A stretch of 64,000 nucleotides of DNA from Bianqueaceae bacterium (lineage in GTDB: Bacteria; Bacillota; Clostridia; Lachnospirales; Bianqueaceae). Shown piece by piece: positions 43,298-53,402 of the stretch. A program made the position numbers and the translations under genes. The stretch's first letter is position 1. Each line of letters opens with the position of its first letter. Below the pieces are notes generated by a model. That model saw nothing but the letters and a program-made list of their open reading frames with translations. It did no database searches and had not been told where the DNA came from. The stretch is from positions 3,938 through 67,937 of the forward strand of contig JAZRWR010000113.1 of NCBI GenBank assembly GCA_045599825.1, read 5' to 3'.

Positions 43298-43322
43298 GTG
43301 GCAAATTAGTGGAGATTTGTGG
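43298..43322 (+). promoter_or_regulatory. Three phased GTGG direct repeats (candidate MraZ boxes)
   Basis: GTGG occurs at 43298, 43309 and 43319 (spacing 11 and 10 bp), just downstream of the putative -10 and upstream of mraZ. Confidence 0.45.
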
Positions 43323-43443
43323 GAAATTTCGAGGAAGACGCGCAAAAGGCCGTAAATAAAGCAAAAAGGCCGCGTGAAGCCCCGAAAAGCCCTTGAATCC
43401 CCTATTTGTGCTCTTTCAATCCGCTCGAAAGGAGGTAGGAAGC

Positions 43444-43914
43444 GTGAATATCTTCGCCGGCGAGGGCCGATATTCGATCGACGACAAAAACCGCGTCGTT
43501 ATCCCGGCTAAATTCAGAGAAATGCTGGGCTCGCAGTTTGTCATCTGCAAAGATATATACAATGTTTTCGGTACGCGCCGCACGCCCGGTATCTGCGTCT
43601 TTCCTATCGACAAATTCGAGGTTACTGCTGCCAAGGTGTACGAGATGCCGAAGCTGGCTGAGGAATCGGAGGACGTCATTGAAGAGTTCTTCGCCAGTGC
43701 CAACTATTCGGAGCCGGACAAGATGGGCCGCGTCGTCATCCCCGCCAACCTGAGAGAGTTCGCCGGGCTGGAGAAGGATGTCGTCGTGGTCGGTCAGTTC
43801 GATCACCTGGTCATCTACAGTGCGGAAAAATGGGACAAGCGCCGTCAAGGTAAAACAGAAGACCCTTACAAGTCGGAGCAACTGGCTGAGAGCTTCGGCG
43901 CCGTGAAACTCTAA
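43444..43914 (+). CDS. mraZ: Transcriptional regulator MraZ
   Basis: Two SpoVT/AbrB-like halves with DDKNRVVIPAKFRE and DKMGRVVIPANLRE. GTG 43444 follows AAGGAGG. Position upstream of rsmH supports the call. Confidence 0.85.
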   Translation: MNIFAGEGRYSIDDKNRVVIPAKFREMLGSQFVICKDIYNVFGTRRTPGICVFPIDKFEVTAAKVYEMPKLAEESEDVIEEFFASANYSEPDKMGRVVIPANLREFAGLEKDVVVVGQFDHLVIYSAEKWDKRRQGKTEDPYKSEQLAESFGAVKL

Positions 43915-43960
43915 CGGCGTCCGGGAAAACGGACAGGTATTAAAACGAAGGTGAGAAGAC

Positions 43961-44896
43961 GTGGAATACAAACATGTATCTGTCTTGTTAAGGGAAAGCA
44001 TTGACGGGCTGAACATCAAAGACTCCGGAACCTACGTAGACGGGACGTTGGGAGGAGCAGGTCATTCGAGTGAGATCGCCGCTCGCTTGGGAAGCGAAGG
44101 CCGTCTGATCGGAATCGACCGGGACGAAGAAGCTATTGAGAACGGATACGCACGGCTGGCCGCATACAAAGACAAGGTCACGCTCGTGCGGGACAACTTC
44201 AATAACTTCACGGAAATTCTCAAAGAGCTTGGTATCGCAGGCGCGGATGGCGTGCTCCTGGATTTGGGAGTGTCAAGTCATCAGCTGGATGAGGCGGAAC
44301 GGGGGTTCTCCTACATGCAGGACGCGCCGCTGGACATGAGGATGGATCAGAGACAGGAATTTACCGCCGCCGACCTCATTGCCGGGTATTCGAAAGCCGA
44401 GCTCGCCCGAGTAATCTCCGACTACGGGGAGGAGAACTGGGCGGAAAGAATTGCCGCATTTATCGTGCAGGAAAGGGAGAAGGAACCGATCCTGACCACC
44501 GGGCAGCTGGTGGAGGTCATCAAGAAGGCCGTGCCGAAGGGCGCGCGCCGCGACGGCCCGCATCCTGCCAAGCGAACCTTCCAGGCGCTGCGCATCGAGG
44601 TCAATAACGAGCTCGGCATCCTGGAAAAGGCCGTCCGCGACATGGTGGCGGGCTTGAATCCCGGCGGAAGGATCTGCATCATTACCTTCCATTCATTGGA
44701 GGACCGCATTGTGAAGCAGGTCTTCCAGAACCTGGAGCATCCCTGCACCTGTCCGAAGGAGTTTCCGGTTTGCGTCTGCGGAAAGAAGCCGCAGGTCAAG
44801 GTCATCACGCGCAAGCCGATCGTGCCTGAGGGAGAAGAATTAGACGAGAATCCCCGGGCACGTAGCGCGAAGCTTCGCATCGCGGAAAAACTGTAA
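43961..44896 (+). CDS. rsmH: 16S rRNA (cytosine1402-N4)-methyltransferase RsmH
   Basis: Blocks present: [46 protein letters not shown]. Confidence 0.9.
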   Translation: MEYKHVSVLLRESIDGLNIKDSGTYVDGTLGGAGHSSEIAARLGSEGRLIGIDRDEEAIENGYARLAAYKDKVTLVRDNFNNFTEILKELGIAGADGVLLDLGVSSHQLDEAERGFSYMQDAPLDMRMDQRQEFTAADLIAGYSKAELARVISDYGEENWAERIAAFIVQEREKEPILTTGQLVEVIKKAVPKGARRDGPHPAKRTFQALRIEVNNELGILEKAVRDMVAGLNPGGRICIITFHSLEDRIVKQVFQNLEHPCTCPKEFPVCVCGKKPQVKVITRKPIVPEGEELDENPRARSAKLRIAEKL

Positions 44897-44940
44897 AGAG
44901 AAAAAGACGAGCAAATCTATCATAACGGGAGGAGACGGCA

Positions 44941-45507
44941 GTGGCGAAATTCGCTGAAGCCGCGGAAGCGTACGATTTAGAAGAGAAAACCTTCTTCGAA
45001 GCGCCGCAGTCCGCCAACGCATATATCGGTTATACCTACGGCAGCGCTGCGCCGGCTTATGAGCCCGCGGTAATGCCCTCTGCTGAGCCGGTTCCGGAGG
45101 AACAGCCTCAGCAAAAGCCTCATAAAAAGCCCTCCGTACGGCCCCGTGTCAGCCGGGCTGAACGGGAGGGGAGAGCGGCCCTGGTCGTGATGACGCTGTT
45201 CATCGCTGCCGGTGCGCTCTTGATTGTCGGCATGTACGCCAGGATCTTTGTCCAGAAAAACCAGCTGTCTGCTCTCAGAAGCGAGCTGGACCGGGCAGTG
45301 ATGGAAACGCAGATGGCCGGCAAAACCGAAACAGAAGTCTTTACCCTGACGGAAATCCGTGATTACGCTACACTGGAGCTTGGCATGCATACGCCCGGCG
45401 CCGGCGAGATCATCACCGTTTCGGCTGCCTTCGGCGCCTACACCGAGGATTACTCGGTGCCGCAGCCCTCGGCGCAGACGGTCGGATTCCACTGGTTCGG
45501 AGACTGA
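44941..45507 (+). CDS. Putative cell-division protein at the FtsL position (bitopic membrane protein with coiled coil)
   Basis: Single TM helix (LVVMTLFIAAGALLIVGMY) followed by a heptad-like segment. Located between rsmH and the class B PBP. GTG start after GGGAGGAG. Confidence 0.5.
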   Translation: MAKFAEAAEAYDLEEKTFFEAPQSANAYIGYTYGSAAPAYEPAVMPSAEPVPEEQPQQKPHKKPSVRPRVSRAEREGRAALVVMTLFIAAGALLIVGMYARIFVQKNQLSALRSELDRAVMETQMAGKTETEVFTLTEIRDYATLELGMHTPGAGEIITVSAAFGAYTEDYSVPQPSAQTVGFHWFGD

Positions 45508-45586
45508 TTATTAACCTGAGAAATCAATGGCTGACGGTGGGGGCAACCCCTGTCAGCCATTTTATGCATTTAAGGGAGCTTTTCGC

Positions 45587-47365
45587 ATGTCGAAGAAAGT
45601 CGTGAAGGCCGGGAAGAAAAAGAAGGATTCGCAGAAGATGACACGTCTTCTGCTGATGCTGTTTATCGTCATCGCCTGCTTTATTGCCCTGCTGATCAAC
45701 ATCGGCCGCATCAAGCGCCTCCACGGACAGGAGTACGAGCAGGCCGCGCAGCAGCAGCAAACGGAGGTCACCGATTCTGTGGTGAAGGCGCTGCAGGGCA
45801 ATATCTACGACTCCAACGGCGGAGTGCTGGTGGAAAGCGTCCGTGTTTACGATCTGATCATCGACAGCAAGGTGCTCTACGACGCCGATGCCAAGCTGCA
45901 GAACGCCACGGTCAAGGCGCTGATGGAGAAGCTGGGCATCGAGGACGAAGAGTCGCTGCGCGACTGCTTTTCCGAAAAATACAAGGATTGGCGCTACCTG
46001 AAGATCGACGCCGGCGAGGGCCTGAGCCAGCAGGTCAAGGACAGCCTGCAGGGTTTGCTTGCAAAGGGCGAGATCACCGGCATCTGGTTTGAGGAAACGG
46101 AGCGGCGTGACTACGTCAACGGAACCCTGGCGGCGCATGTCCTCGGCTTCAACGGCGTCTACGGCCTGGAACAGTACTACAAGGATTACCTGAAGGGCAC
46201 AGACGGCCGCAAGATGACCGTCGCCGACGAAAACGGCGCCTATACGGGCGAGCTGATCGAGGCAGTGAACGGCTGCAATCTGACTCTGACCCTGAATTCC
46301 ACCGTCCAGCTCTACATGGAGCAGACGCTGGAGGAATATCTGAACAAATACGAGTGTCTGGATGGCTGCGCCATCTGCATGAACCCCAAAACGGGCGCTG
46401 TCTACGGCATGTGCAGCTTCCCGACCTTTGACCCCAACAATCCTTACGAAATCTCGGGGATCACGGAGCAGTATTCGGAAACCTTCTCTAAGGATGATCC
46501 CCTGTACTACTCCCGCATCTGGAACAATTACGCGCTGACGCACACCTATCAGCCCGGCTCCACCTACAAGCCTATCTTCGCGTCAATCGCGCTGGAGGAG
46601 TCCGTCATCGGTACGGGCACGTCTTTCAGCTGTGTGAGAGGCGGCTATCAGGTATACGACCAGCGCCTGCTTTGCTATGCAGGGCACGTGCACGGCGTCC
46701 AGACCGTCGCCGAGGTTCTGATGAACTCCTGCAATCAGGGCATGGCGCAGATTTCCACGCTGATGTCCGGCTGGACCTTCCTGAAGTATCAGGACATGTT
46801 CGGCTTCGGGCAGAAGACGGGCATCGATCTGGCCGGCGAGGTAGACGCAGCCGGTCTGATCTACACGGCGGACGACCTCGGCCCGGTCGAGCTGGCGACC
46901 AGCTCCTACGGTCAGGGCGGAAACGCCACCCCCATCCAGCTGATCACTGCCTTTTCGTCCCTTGTTAACGGCGGTTATTATGTGAAGCCCTATGTGGTCG
47001 ACACCGTCACGGACGCCGCCGGCAATATCGTTGTGGACAACGGCCGCACGGTGCAGCGCCGCGTTCTTTCCAAGAAGACCTCCGATACGATGCGTGAGCT
47101 GCTGGAGGGCGTGGTCACCGGCTATTTCGGCAAGAACTACGAGATTCCCGGCTACAGCTTCGGCGGAAAGACCGGCACGGCCGACCAGAGCGACGGCTCG
47201 GTCACGGTCTCCTTCATGGCCTTCACGCCGGTCGAGGACCCGGAGGTCATCCTGCTGGTCATTCTGGACCGCGACAACGACGACTCCAGCTACCACGCAG
47301 CCATGGTTTCCAAGGCCATTATGAGTAAAATTCTCCCGGTTTTGGGCGTTTACCCCGAAGCCTGA
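45587..47365 (+). CDS. Class B penicillin-binding protein (FtsI/SpoVD-type transpeptidase)
   Basis: SXXK (GSTYKP), SXN (NSCNQG) and KTGT (GGKTGTA) motifs are present with an N-terminal TM anchor. ATG 45587 is preceded by AAGGGAG. Confidence 0.85.
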   Translation: MSKKVVKAGKKKKDSQKMTRLLLMLFIVIACFIALLINIGRIKRLHGQEYEQAAQQQQTEVTDSVVKALQGNIYDSNGGVLVESVRVYDLIIDSKVLYDADAKLQNATVKALMEKLGIEDEESLRDCFSEKYKDWRYLKIDAGEGLSQQVKDSLQGLLAKGEITGIWFEETERRDYVNGTLAAHVLGFNGVYGLEQYYKDYLKGTDGRKMTVADENGAYTGELIEAVNGCNLTLTLNSTVQLYMEQTLEEYLNKYECLDGCAICMNPKTGAVYGMCSFPTFDPNNPYEISGITEQYSETFSKDDPLYYSRIWNNYALTHTYQPGSTYKPIFASIALEESVIGTGTSFSCVRGGYQVYDQRLLCYAGHVHGVQTVAEVLMNSCNQGMAQISTLMSGWTFLKYQDMFGFGQKTGIDLAGEVDAAGLIYTADDLGPVELATSSYGQGGNATPIQLITAFSSLVNGGYYVKPYVVDTVTDAAGNIVVDNGRTVQRRVLSKKTSDTMRELLEGVVTGYFGKNYEIPGYSFGGKTGTADQSDGSVTVSFMAFTPVEDPEVILLVILDRDNDDSSYHAAMVSKAIMSKILPVLGVYPEA

Positions 47366-47376
47366 AAGAGGTTTGT

Positions 47377-48771
47377 ATGAAAGCAATGAAAGCAAGCACC
47401 GCCGCCTCCTGCATGGGCGGCCGTATCGTCGGAAATCCCGAGGCCTGCTTTAACAGTGTTGTCCGCGACAACCGCGATGTGACCCCCGGAAGCCTTTTCG
47501 TGGCCATCATCGGGGCATCGCAGGACGGACATAAGTACCTGGCGGACGCGCTTCGGCGCGGCGCTTCGTGCGCGGTCGTAAAGGAGGGCAGCCCCTATCT
47601 GGAGGCGCTTGATCCGGGCGAGGACCGTGCGCTGATTCTGGTGGAGGACACCACCCTGGCGCTGCAGCAGCTGGGCGGCTTTTACCGTGACAGCTTCGCG
47701 ATTCCCTTTGTCGGGGTGACCGGGAGCGTGGGTAAGACCTCGACGAAGGATCTTTTGGCGGCGGCACTTTCCGGCCGCTTCCGCGTCGCGAAAACGCAGG
47801 GCAACTACAACAATCAGATCGGCGTGCCTCTGACGCTTCTGAGCCTGGAGGCGGACACCGAGGCTGCTGTCGTCGAGATGGGCATGGACCACGCGAATCA
47901 GATCGAATACATTTCCCGATACGTAAAGCCTGATTATGCCGTCATCACCAATATCGGTATCTCTCATATCGAAAATTTTGAAAACCGCGACGGTATCCTG
48001 GCGGCTAAGCTCGAAATCATGAGCCACATGAATCCGGAAGGCACGCTTTTTCTGAACGGTGATGACCCCCGTCTGTGGCAGCTTAAGGGCAAGCTTCCGG
48101 TCAAGCACGAGTACTACGGCTTCGGCACGCAGAACGATGCCCGCGTCATCGAATGCACCATGGCCGAGAGCGGCTGCATCCGCGTCCGCGCCTCCTATGC
48201 GGGTGAGGAATACCGCTACGTTCTCGCGACGATGGGCAGTCACATGGCGATGAATTCCCTGCCGGCCATCATGGCCGCGACCAGGCTGGGGCTCACGAAG
48301 AGTGAAATCGTCGCCGGCCTCACGCAGTACCTTCCGACCGAAAAGCGCCTGCAGATGAAGGAAAACGCGCGCTTCCGCGTCATCGACGACTCGTACAATG
48401 CCAGCCCTGATTCAATGCGGGCCGGCCTCAAGGTGCTGGAGCAGGTCAACCTCGGCAAACGACGCGTCGCCATTCTCGGCGACATGTTCGAGCTGGGCTC
48501 TCAGGAGGAGAGCGGTCACCGGCTGGTCGGCGAGCTGGTTTCCGAGACAGACGGCCTGAACGTATGCTGCTTCGTCGGCGAGCGCATGACTTTGGCGTAC
48601 GAGGAGGCGCTCAAGCACCCCGCCCGTGGCTGCGTCCTGCGGCATTTTGACGGAGTCGAGTCCCTGAAGGCGGCTTTGCCCGGACTTCTTCAGGATGACG
48701 ATGTCATTCTGGTCAAGGCTTCTCACGGCATGCACTTCGATGCCGTCTGCACGTATATTCTGAATATGTAA
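47377..48771 (+). CDS. murF: UDP-N-acetylmuramoyl-tripeptide--D-alanyl-D-alanine ligase MurF
   Basis: Mur ligase P-loop GVTGSVGKTSTKD, then VVEMGMDH, DDSYNASPDSM. Located between the PBP gene and mraY. Confidence 0.85.
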   Translation: MKAMKASTAASCMGGRIVGNPEACFNSVVRDNRDVTPGSLFVAIIGASQDGHKYLADALRRGASCAVVKEGSPYLEALDPGEDRALILVEDTTLALQQLGGFYRDSFAIPFVGVTGSVGKTSTKDLLAAALSGRFRVAKTQGNYNNQIGVPLTLLSLEADTEAAVVEMGMDHANQIEYISRYVKPDYAVITNIGISHIENFENRDGILAAKLEIMSHMNPEGTLFLNGDDPRLWQLKGKLPVKHEYYGFGTQNDARVIECTMAESGCIRVRASYAGEEYRYVLATMGSHMAMNSLPAIMAATRLGLTKSEIVAGLTQYLPTEKRLQMKENARFRVIDDSYNASPDSMRAGLKVLEQVNLGKRRVAILGDMFELGSQEESGHRLVGELVSETDGLNVCCFVGERMTLAYEEALKHPARGCVLRHFDGVESLKAALPGLLQDDDVILVKASHGMHFDAVCTYILNM

Positions 48772-48787
48772 TCGGAGGTTTTTCCCT

Positions 48788-49747
48788 ATGCTGAAGACGC
48801 TCGTTACGCTTTTGTTGGGTTTTTCGATCAGCGCGCTTCTTTGTCCTCTGCTGATCCCCGCGCTGACCAGACTTAAGTGCGGTCAGTACATCCGCGAGGA
48901 GGGCCCGGAGGCTCACAAAAAGAAGGCCGGCACACCGACCATGGGCGGTATCGTTTTTCTGGCGGCGATGGCGCTTGCGATGGCAATTGCGTCGATTTTC
49001 TTCAGCCTTTCCGGAAAAGAATGGGCCATCCTCATTACGACGGCGGCCTTCGGACTGATCGGCTTCTTGGATGACTTCCTGAAGGTCGTTCTGAAGCACA
49101 ACGAGGGGCTCAAGCCCCTGCCCAAGTTTCTCCTGCAGATCGTATTTGCGGGCGCCTTTGCCTTCTACCTGAACCGCATCGGCTACGGGACCGGCATTTA
49201 CTTCCAGTTCTTCGGCGATTACACCCTCGATATCGGCCTCTTCTTCTACCTGTTCGTGGTCTTCTATATGGTCGCCTTCAACAACGGCACCAACTTCACG
49301 GACGGTCTGGACGGTCTGTGCTCCTCGGTCACGGCAGTGATCGCGCTCTTCTTCATCGTGGTGAGCTGCATCCGCGGCGAAGAGCTGACAGCGTCGTCCG
49401 CGGCGCTTCTGGGCGGTCTGATGGGCTTTCTGCTCTTCAATTCCTACCCTGCGCGTGTCTTCATGGGCGACACGGGCTCCCTGGCCATCGGCGGCTTCGT
49501 CGCGTCGACCGCGCTTCTGCTGAAGGTGCCTATGCTTCTGGTCGTGGCCGGTTTTATCTATGTGCTGGAGGTCGTTTCGGTCATCCTGCAGGTCGGATAC
49601 TTCAAGGCGACGCACGGCAAGCGCATCTTCCGCATGGCGCCCATCCACCATCATTTTGAGCTGGGCGGCTGGCATGAGACCAAGGTCGTGGCGGTGTTTA
49701 CGCTGGTGACGGCGGCGCTCTCGGTCCTGTGTCTGATTCTGCTGTAA
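48788..49747 (+). CDS. mraY: Phospho-N-acetylmuramoyl-pentapeptide transferase MraY
   Basis: Blocks present: KAGTPTMGG, NGTNFTDGLDGL, FMGDTGSLAIGG, APIHHHFE. Confidence 0.9.
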   Translation: MLKTLVTLLLGFSISALLCPLLIPALTRLKCGQYIREEGPEAHKKKAGTPTMGGIVFLAAMALAMAIASIFFSLSGKEWAILITTAAFGLIGFLDDFLKVVLKHNEGLKPLPKFLLQIVFAGAFAFYLNRIGYGTGIYFQFFGDYTLDIGLFFYLFVVFYMVAFNNGTNFTDGLDGLCSSVTAVIALFFIVVSCIRGEELTASSAALLGGLMGFLLFNSYPARVFMGDTGSLAIGGFVASTALLLKVPMLLVVAGFIYVLEVVSVILQVGYFKATHGKRIFRMAPIHHHFELGGWHETKVVAVFTLVTAALSVLCLILL

Positions 49748-49762
49748 CGAAAGGAAAGGAAA

Positions 49763-51145
49763 ATGGAACTTTACGATAAACGGTATCTGTGCGTCGGCAT
49801 GGCACGAAGCGGTATGGCGGCTGCGGCGCTTCTGGCCGGAAAAGGCGCCTCTGTTGCGATGTACGACAAGAAAAGCATGGAGGAGCTGCGCGAGAAGGTC
49901 GACAGCCTGGGCGCATATCCCCTTCGCTACATCCTGGGCGAGGAGCCGAGCGATTTTCTTCTGTCCTGCTTTAACACGCTGGTGTTAAGCCCCGGTGCTG
50001 CGCCTGATCAGCCCATGATTCTGCGCGCGAAGGAGCTGGGGGTTGAGGTGATCGGTGAGATTGAGCTGGCTCAGCGCTACGCGAAGACGCCCATTATCGG
50101 CATCACCGGCACCAACGGCAAGACGACGACGGTATCCCTGTGCGAAGAGCTTATGAAGAGCTTCCGCCCGGGCTCCCGGGCGGCCGGCAACATCGGCACC
50201 GCCTTCAGCGATATCTGCGAGAAGGTCAAAGCGCCTGCGTGGATCGTACTGGAGCTCTCCAGCTTCCAGCTTGAAATGACCGAAAAGTTCCGTCCGCACA
50301 TCAGTGCGATGCTGAATATTACCCCTGACCATCTGAACCGCCACCATACGATGGAGGCCTACGTGGCCGCGAAGGAACGTGTTTTCGCGAATCAGACCGA
50401 GCAGGACTTCTGCGTGCTGAATGCGGATGACAGCTGCTGTCAGGCCATGGCCGAACGTCTTGCGGCAAAGGAAAACGCGCCTCAGCTGATTTTCTTCAGC
50501 CGGAGCAACGTGCCTGCGCGCGGCGTCTGGACCGAAAACGGGCAGATCTTCTCGAATATTTCCGGCTGCAGAGAATACGTAGCCGATATTGATAAGATGC
50601 AGATATTCGGTGCGCATAACGAGGAAAATGCTCTGGCGGCCATCGCCTGCGCCCTGTGCGCGGGCATGCCGGCCGACGAGATCGCCGCGCCCCTGTACGC
50701 TTTTGCGGGCGTCGAGCACCGCATCGAATATACCGCTACCAAGAACGGTGCGCGCTACTATAACGACTCCAAGGCCACCAACCCCGATTCTGCGGTGAAG
50801 GGCCTTTTGGCAATGCCCGGCCAGACTGTCCTGATCGGCGGCGGCATGGACAAGAAAATTCCCTTCGACGACTGGTGCAGGCTTTTTAACGGCCGCGTCC
50901 GCAAGCTGATCCTTCTGGGCGAGACCAGGGAAATCATCAGAAGCTGCGCGCTTTCCTGCGGTTATCCCGAGGAGAAAATCCAGACGGTCGCGACGCTGGA
51001 GGAGGCCGTTGAAGCCAGCTATGCGGCAGCGCTTCCCGGCGACAGCGTCCTTCTGTCCCCTGCCTGTGCCAGCTGGGACATGTTCGAAAGCTACGAGGTC
51101 CGCGGACGCCTCTTCAAGGATCTGGTCCGCGCACTGAAGGACTAA
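49763..51145 (+). CDS. murD: UDP-N-acetylmuramoylalanine--D-glutamate ligase MurD
   Basis: Blocks present: GITGTNGKTTT, LELSSFQLE, NITPDHLNRH, VEHR.E, NDSKATN. Confidence 0.9.
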   Translation: MELYDKRYLCVGMARSGMAAAALLAGKGASVAMYDKKSMEELREKVDSLGAYPLRYILGEEPSDFLLSCFNTLVLSPGAAPDQPMILRAKELGVEVIGEIELAQRYAKTPIIGITGTNGKTTTVSLCEELMKSFRPGSRAAGNIGTAFSDICEKVKAPAWIVLELSSFQLEMTEKFRPHISAMLNITPDHLNRHHTMEAYVAAKERVFANQTEQDFCVLNADDSCCQAMAERLAAKENAPQLIFFSRSNVPARGVWTENGQIFSNISGCREYVADIDKMQIFGAHNEENALAAIACALCAGMPADEIAAPLYAFAGVEHRIEYTATKNGARYYNDSKATNPDSAVKGLLAMPGQTVLIGGGMDKKIPFDDWCRLFNGRVRKLILLGETREIIRSCALSCGYPEEKIQTVATLEEAVEASYAAALPGDSVLLSPACASWDMFESYEVRGRLFKDLVRALKD

Positions 51146-51172
51146 TATTTTTCAGGAAAGGAGACCGCGGCG

Positions 51173-52537
51173 ATGGCGGAGAAACAGAAAAGCAATATCC
51201 GGGAACTGAAAGCGGAGGATTTTGAAAATTACGCGTCTGCCCGCGACTATTCCTTCCGCAACCTGAAGGACGAGCCGAGTGCGCCTGCGGCTGAGAAGCC
51301 CGAAGAAAAGGGCAAGCGTAAAGCAAAGAAGGAAAAGAAGCTGGATCTCAGCTTCATGCCCTCCTTCAAGGGCCGCGACGAAAACATGGTGCCGGTCAAC
51401 AGCTGCGATTTTACGATCATCGCCTGCGTGCTGCTCCTGGCCTTCATCGGCGTCGTGATGGTAACAAGCTCCGGCTATTACTATGCCTATACGTATATGG
51501 GCGACAGTATGTATTTCTTCCGCAAGCAGCTTCTGTGGCTGGGCTTTTCCGTGCCTGTGCTGCTGCTGGCGTGGATTTTCCCGATGAATCTTTTGAAGAA
51601 GCTCTCGCTGCTGGGCTATGTGCTTTCGGTCGTGATGTGTGTGCTGGTGCTTTTCATCGGTAAGGAGACCAACGGCTCCACGCGATGGATCTACATCGGT
51701 CCCCTCAGCTTCCAGCCCTGTGAGCTCGCGAAGATCGCCGTGGCACTTTACATGTCCGTGCTGGTAGACGAGCACCGCGCGACCATCAAGAGCTTCAAAA
51801 CCTTCCTGATGCTTTTAGTGGTGCTGCTCATTCCGACCTTTTTGATCATTATCGAAAACCTGACCAGCGGCATCATTGTCGCGGTCATCGGCGTGACGAT
51901 TATGTTTATCGGCGGCTGCCGCTTCCTGCACTTCCTGCTTCTGGGCGGCCCCCTGGTGGGCATTCTGGTGCTTTTCGTAATTCTTCCTCTGTATAAGCCG
52001 GAAATGGTTGCGCTTTTGCCCGGCTTCGTTCGCGAGATTCTCGAGAAATATCTCTACCGTACCGAGCGCATCATGGCCTGGATCGATCCGTGGAAGTACG
52101 CCTATGACGAGGGCTATCAGACCGTACAGTCGCTCTATGCAGTCGGCTCCGGCGGCTTTTTCGGCCGAGGCCTGGGCAATAGCCTGCAGAAGCTCGGCTT
52201 TATCCCCGAGGCACACAACGATATCATTTTCGCGGTCATCTGCGAGGAGCTCGGCCTTTTCGGCGCGGGCATCGTGGTGCTTCTGTATGTGGTGCTGGTC
52301 TGGCACGGCTTTAAGCTGAGCGCGAACCTGAAGAACCGCTTCTGCAGCTATCTGGTGGCAGGCATCACGATGCAGATCGGTGTGCAGGCGCTTCTGAATA
52401 TTGCCGTAAATACGAATATTCTCCCGGCGACGGGCGTATCGCTGCCCTTTATCAGCTACGGCGGCTCGTCGCTCCTGTTCCTGATGATTTCCGTCGGCCT
52501 GGTCCTGAATGCTTCGCGCTTCGAAAAAACGCAGTAA
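51173..52537 (+). CDS. ftsW: SEDS-family peptidoglycan glycosyltransferase FtsW/SpoVE
   Basis: Multi-TM protein with FQPCELAKIA, EAHNDIIFAVICEELG and LPATGVSLPFISYGGSS. Carries a roughly 90-aa Lys/Glu-rich N-terminal extension. Confidence 0.85.
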   Translation: MAEKQKSNIRELKAEDFENYASARDYSFRNLKDEPSAPAAEKPEEKGKRKAKKEKKLDLSFMPSFKGRDENMVPVNSCDFTIIACVLLLAFIGVVMVTSSGYYYAYTYMGDSMYFFRKQLLWLGFSVPVLLLAWIFPMNLLKKLSLLGYVLSVVMCVLVLFIGKETNGSTRWIYIGPLSFQPCELAKIAVALYMSVLVDEHRATIKSFKTFLMLLVVLLIPTFLIIIENLTSGIIVAVIGVTIMFIGGCRFLHFLLLGGPLVGILVLFVILPLYKPEMVALLPGFVREILEKYLYRTERIMAWIDPWKYAYDEGYQTVQSLYAVGSGGFFGRGLGNSLQKLGFIPEAHNDIIFAVICEELGLFGAGIVVLLYVVLVWHGFKLSANLKNRFCSYLVAGITMQIGVQALLNIAVNTNILPATGVSLPFISYGGSSLLFLMISVGLVLNASRFEKTQ

Positions 52538-52546
52538 GGGGCCGGT

Positions 52547-53266
52547 ATGGACAGGAAAAGAAAAACGAGGCTGATTGTCGGCTTGATTCTTCTGGCGCTT
52601 TTGACGGCGGCCGTCGTCGCTGCGAATTCCTCACTGTTCGAGCTGACCGAGGTCAGCGTGGAGGGGAACGCTGCGGTCTCCGACGGCGAAATCAAGGAGA
52701 TGCTGGGCTTGAGCGAGGGGACGAACCTGATCCGCTATTTTCTGAAGCACTTCGGCCGTGAATTGCCGCTCGACCAGCGTTTTAAGAAGCTGGATGTCTA
52801 CTTTGACTGGCCGCACGCAGCGCGCATCGAGGTGGAGGAGGAGAGTCTGATCGGCTGCCTCTACTATCAGGGCGCGTATCTTTGCCTGAACCGGCTGGGA
52901 ATGGTGATGGACAGCTTTTCCGAGCTGCCCGAGGGCCTGGCGCTGATCCGAGGTGTGACCGTCGGCTCCTTCGTGGTGGGCGAGGTTCCCGTTACGGACG
53001 ACCCCGAGCCCTTTGAGCTGGTGCTTTCGATTGGACGCATTCTGGAAAAATACGGTCTCAGCCGTTCCGTGAAGGAGATCAACGTCCGTCAGCCTGACAG
53101 CATCGTGCTTTACGCCGAGAAGCTGGACGTCTGCTGCGGCTCCCGTGACCACCTGGACGAGAAGCTTTACGTGCTGAAGTGCCTCTGGGACGAGCAGCCG
53201 GAAATCAGCGGTGTGCTTCACATCGAGAATCTGGACAAGCAAATTTATTTGGAAAGCAAAAACTGA
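52547..53266 (+). CDS. FtsQ/DivIB-type cell-division protein (POTRA domain)
   Basis: N-terminal TM helix, then LTEVSVEGNAAVSDGEI (POTRA-like). Located between ftsW and ftsZ. Confidence 0.65.
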   Translation: MDRKRKTRLIVGLILLALLTAAVVAANSSLFELTEVSVEGNAAVSDGEIKEMLGLSEGTNLIRYFLKHFGRELPLDQRFKKLDVYFDWPHAARIEVEEESLIGCLYYQGAYLCLNRLGMVMDSFSELPEGLALIRGVTVGSFVVGEVPVTDDPEPFELVLSIGRILEKYGLSRSVKEINVRQPDSIVLYAEKLDVCCGSRDHLDEKLYVLKCLWDEQPEISGVLHIENLDKQIYLESKN

Positions 53267-53277
53267 GAATTTTATTC

Positions 53278-53306
53278 TTGATTTTGCCTTTTGAATGGAA
53301 TATAAT
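53278..53306 (+). promoter_or_regulatory. Putative ftsZ-proximal promoter
   Basis: TTGATT (53278-53283), a 17-nt spacer, then TATAAT (53301-53306). Confidence 0.5.
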
Positions 53307-53402
53307 GTGTAAAAACATATATGTAATCACAAGATGTAGGGGATGGTGCCGGATTTCGGTCGGCCTCCTCCCCTGAAACGGCTTGGATATAAAGGAGGAA
53401 AT

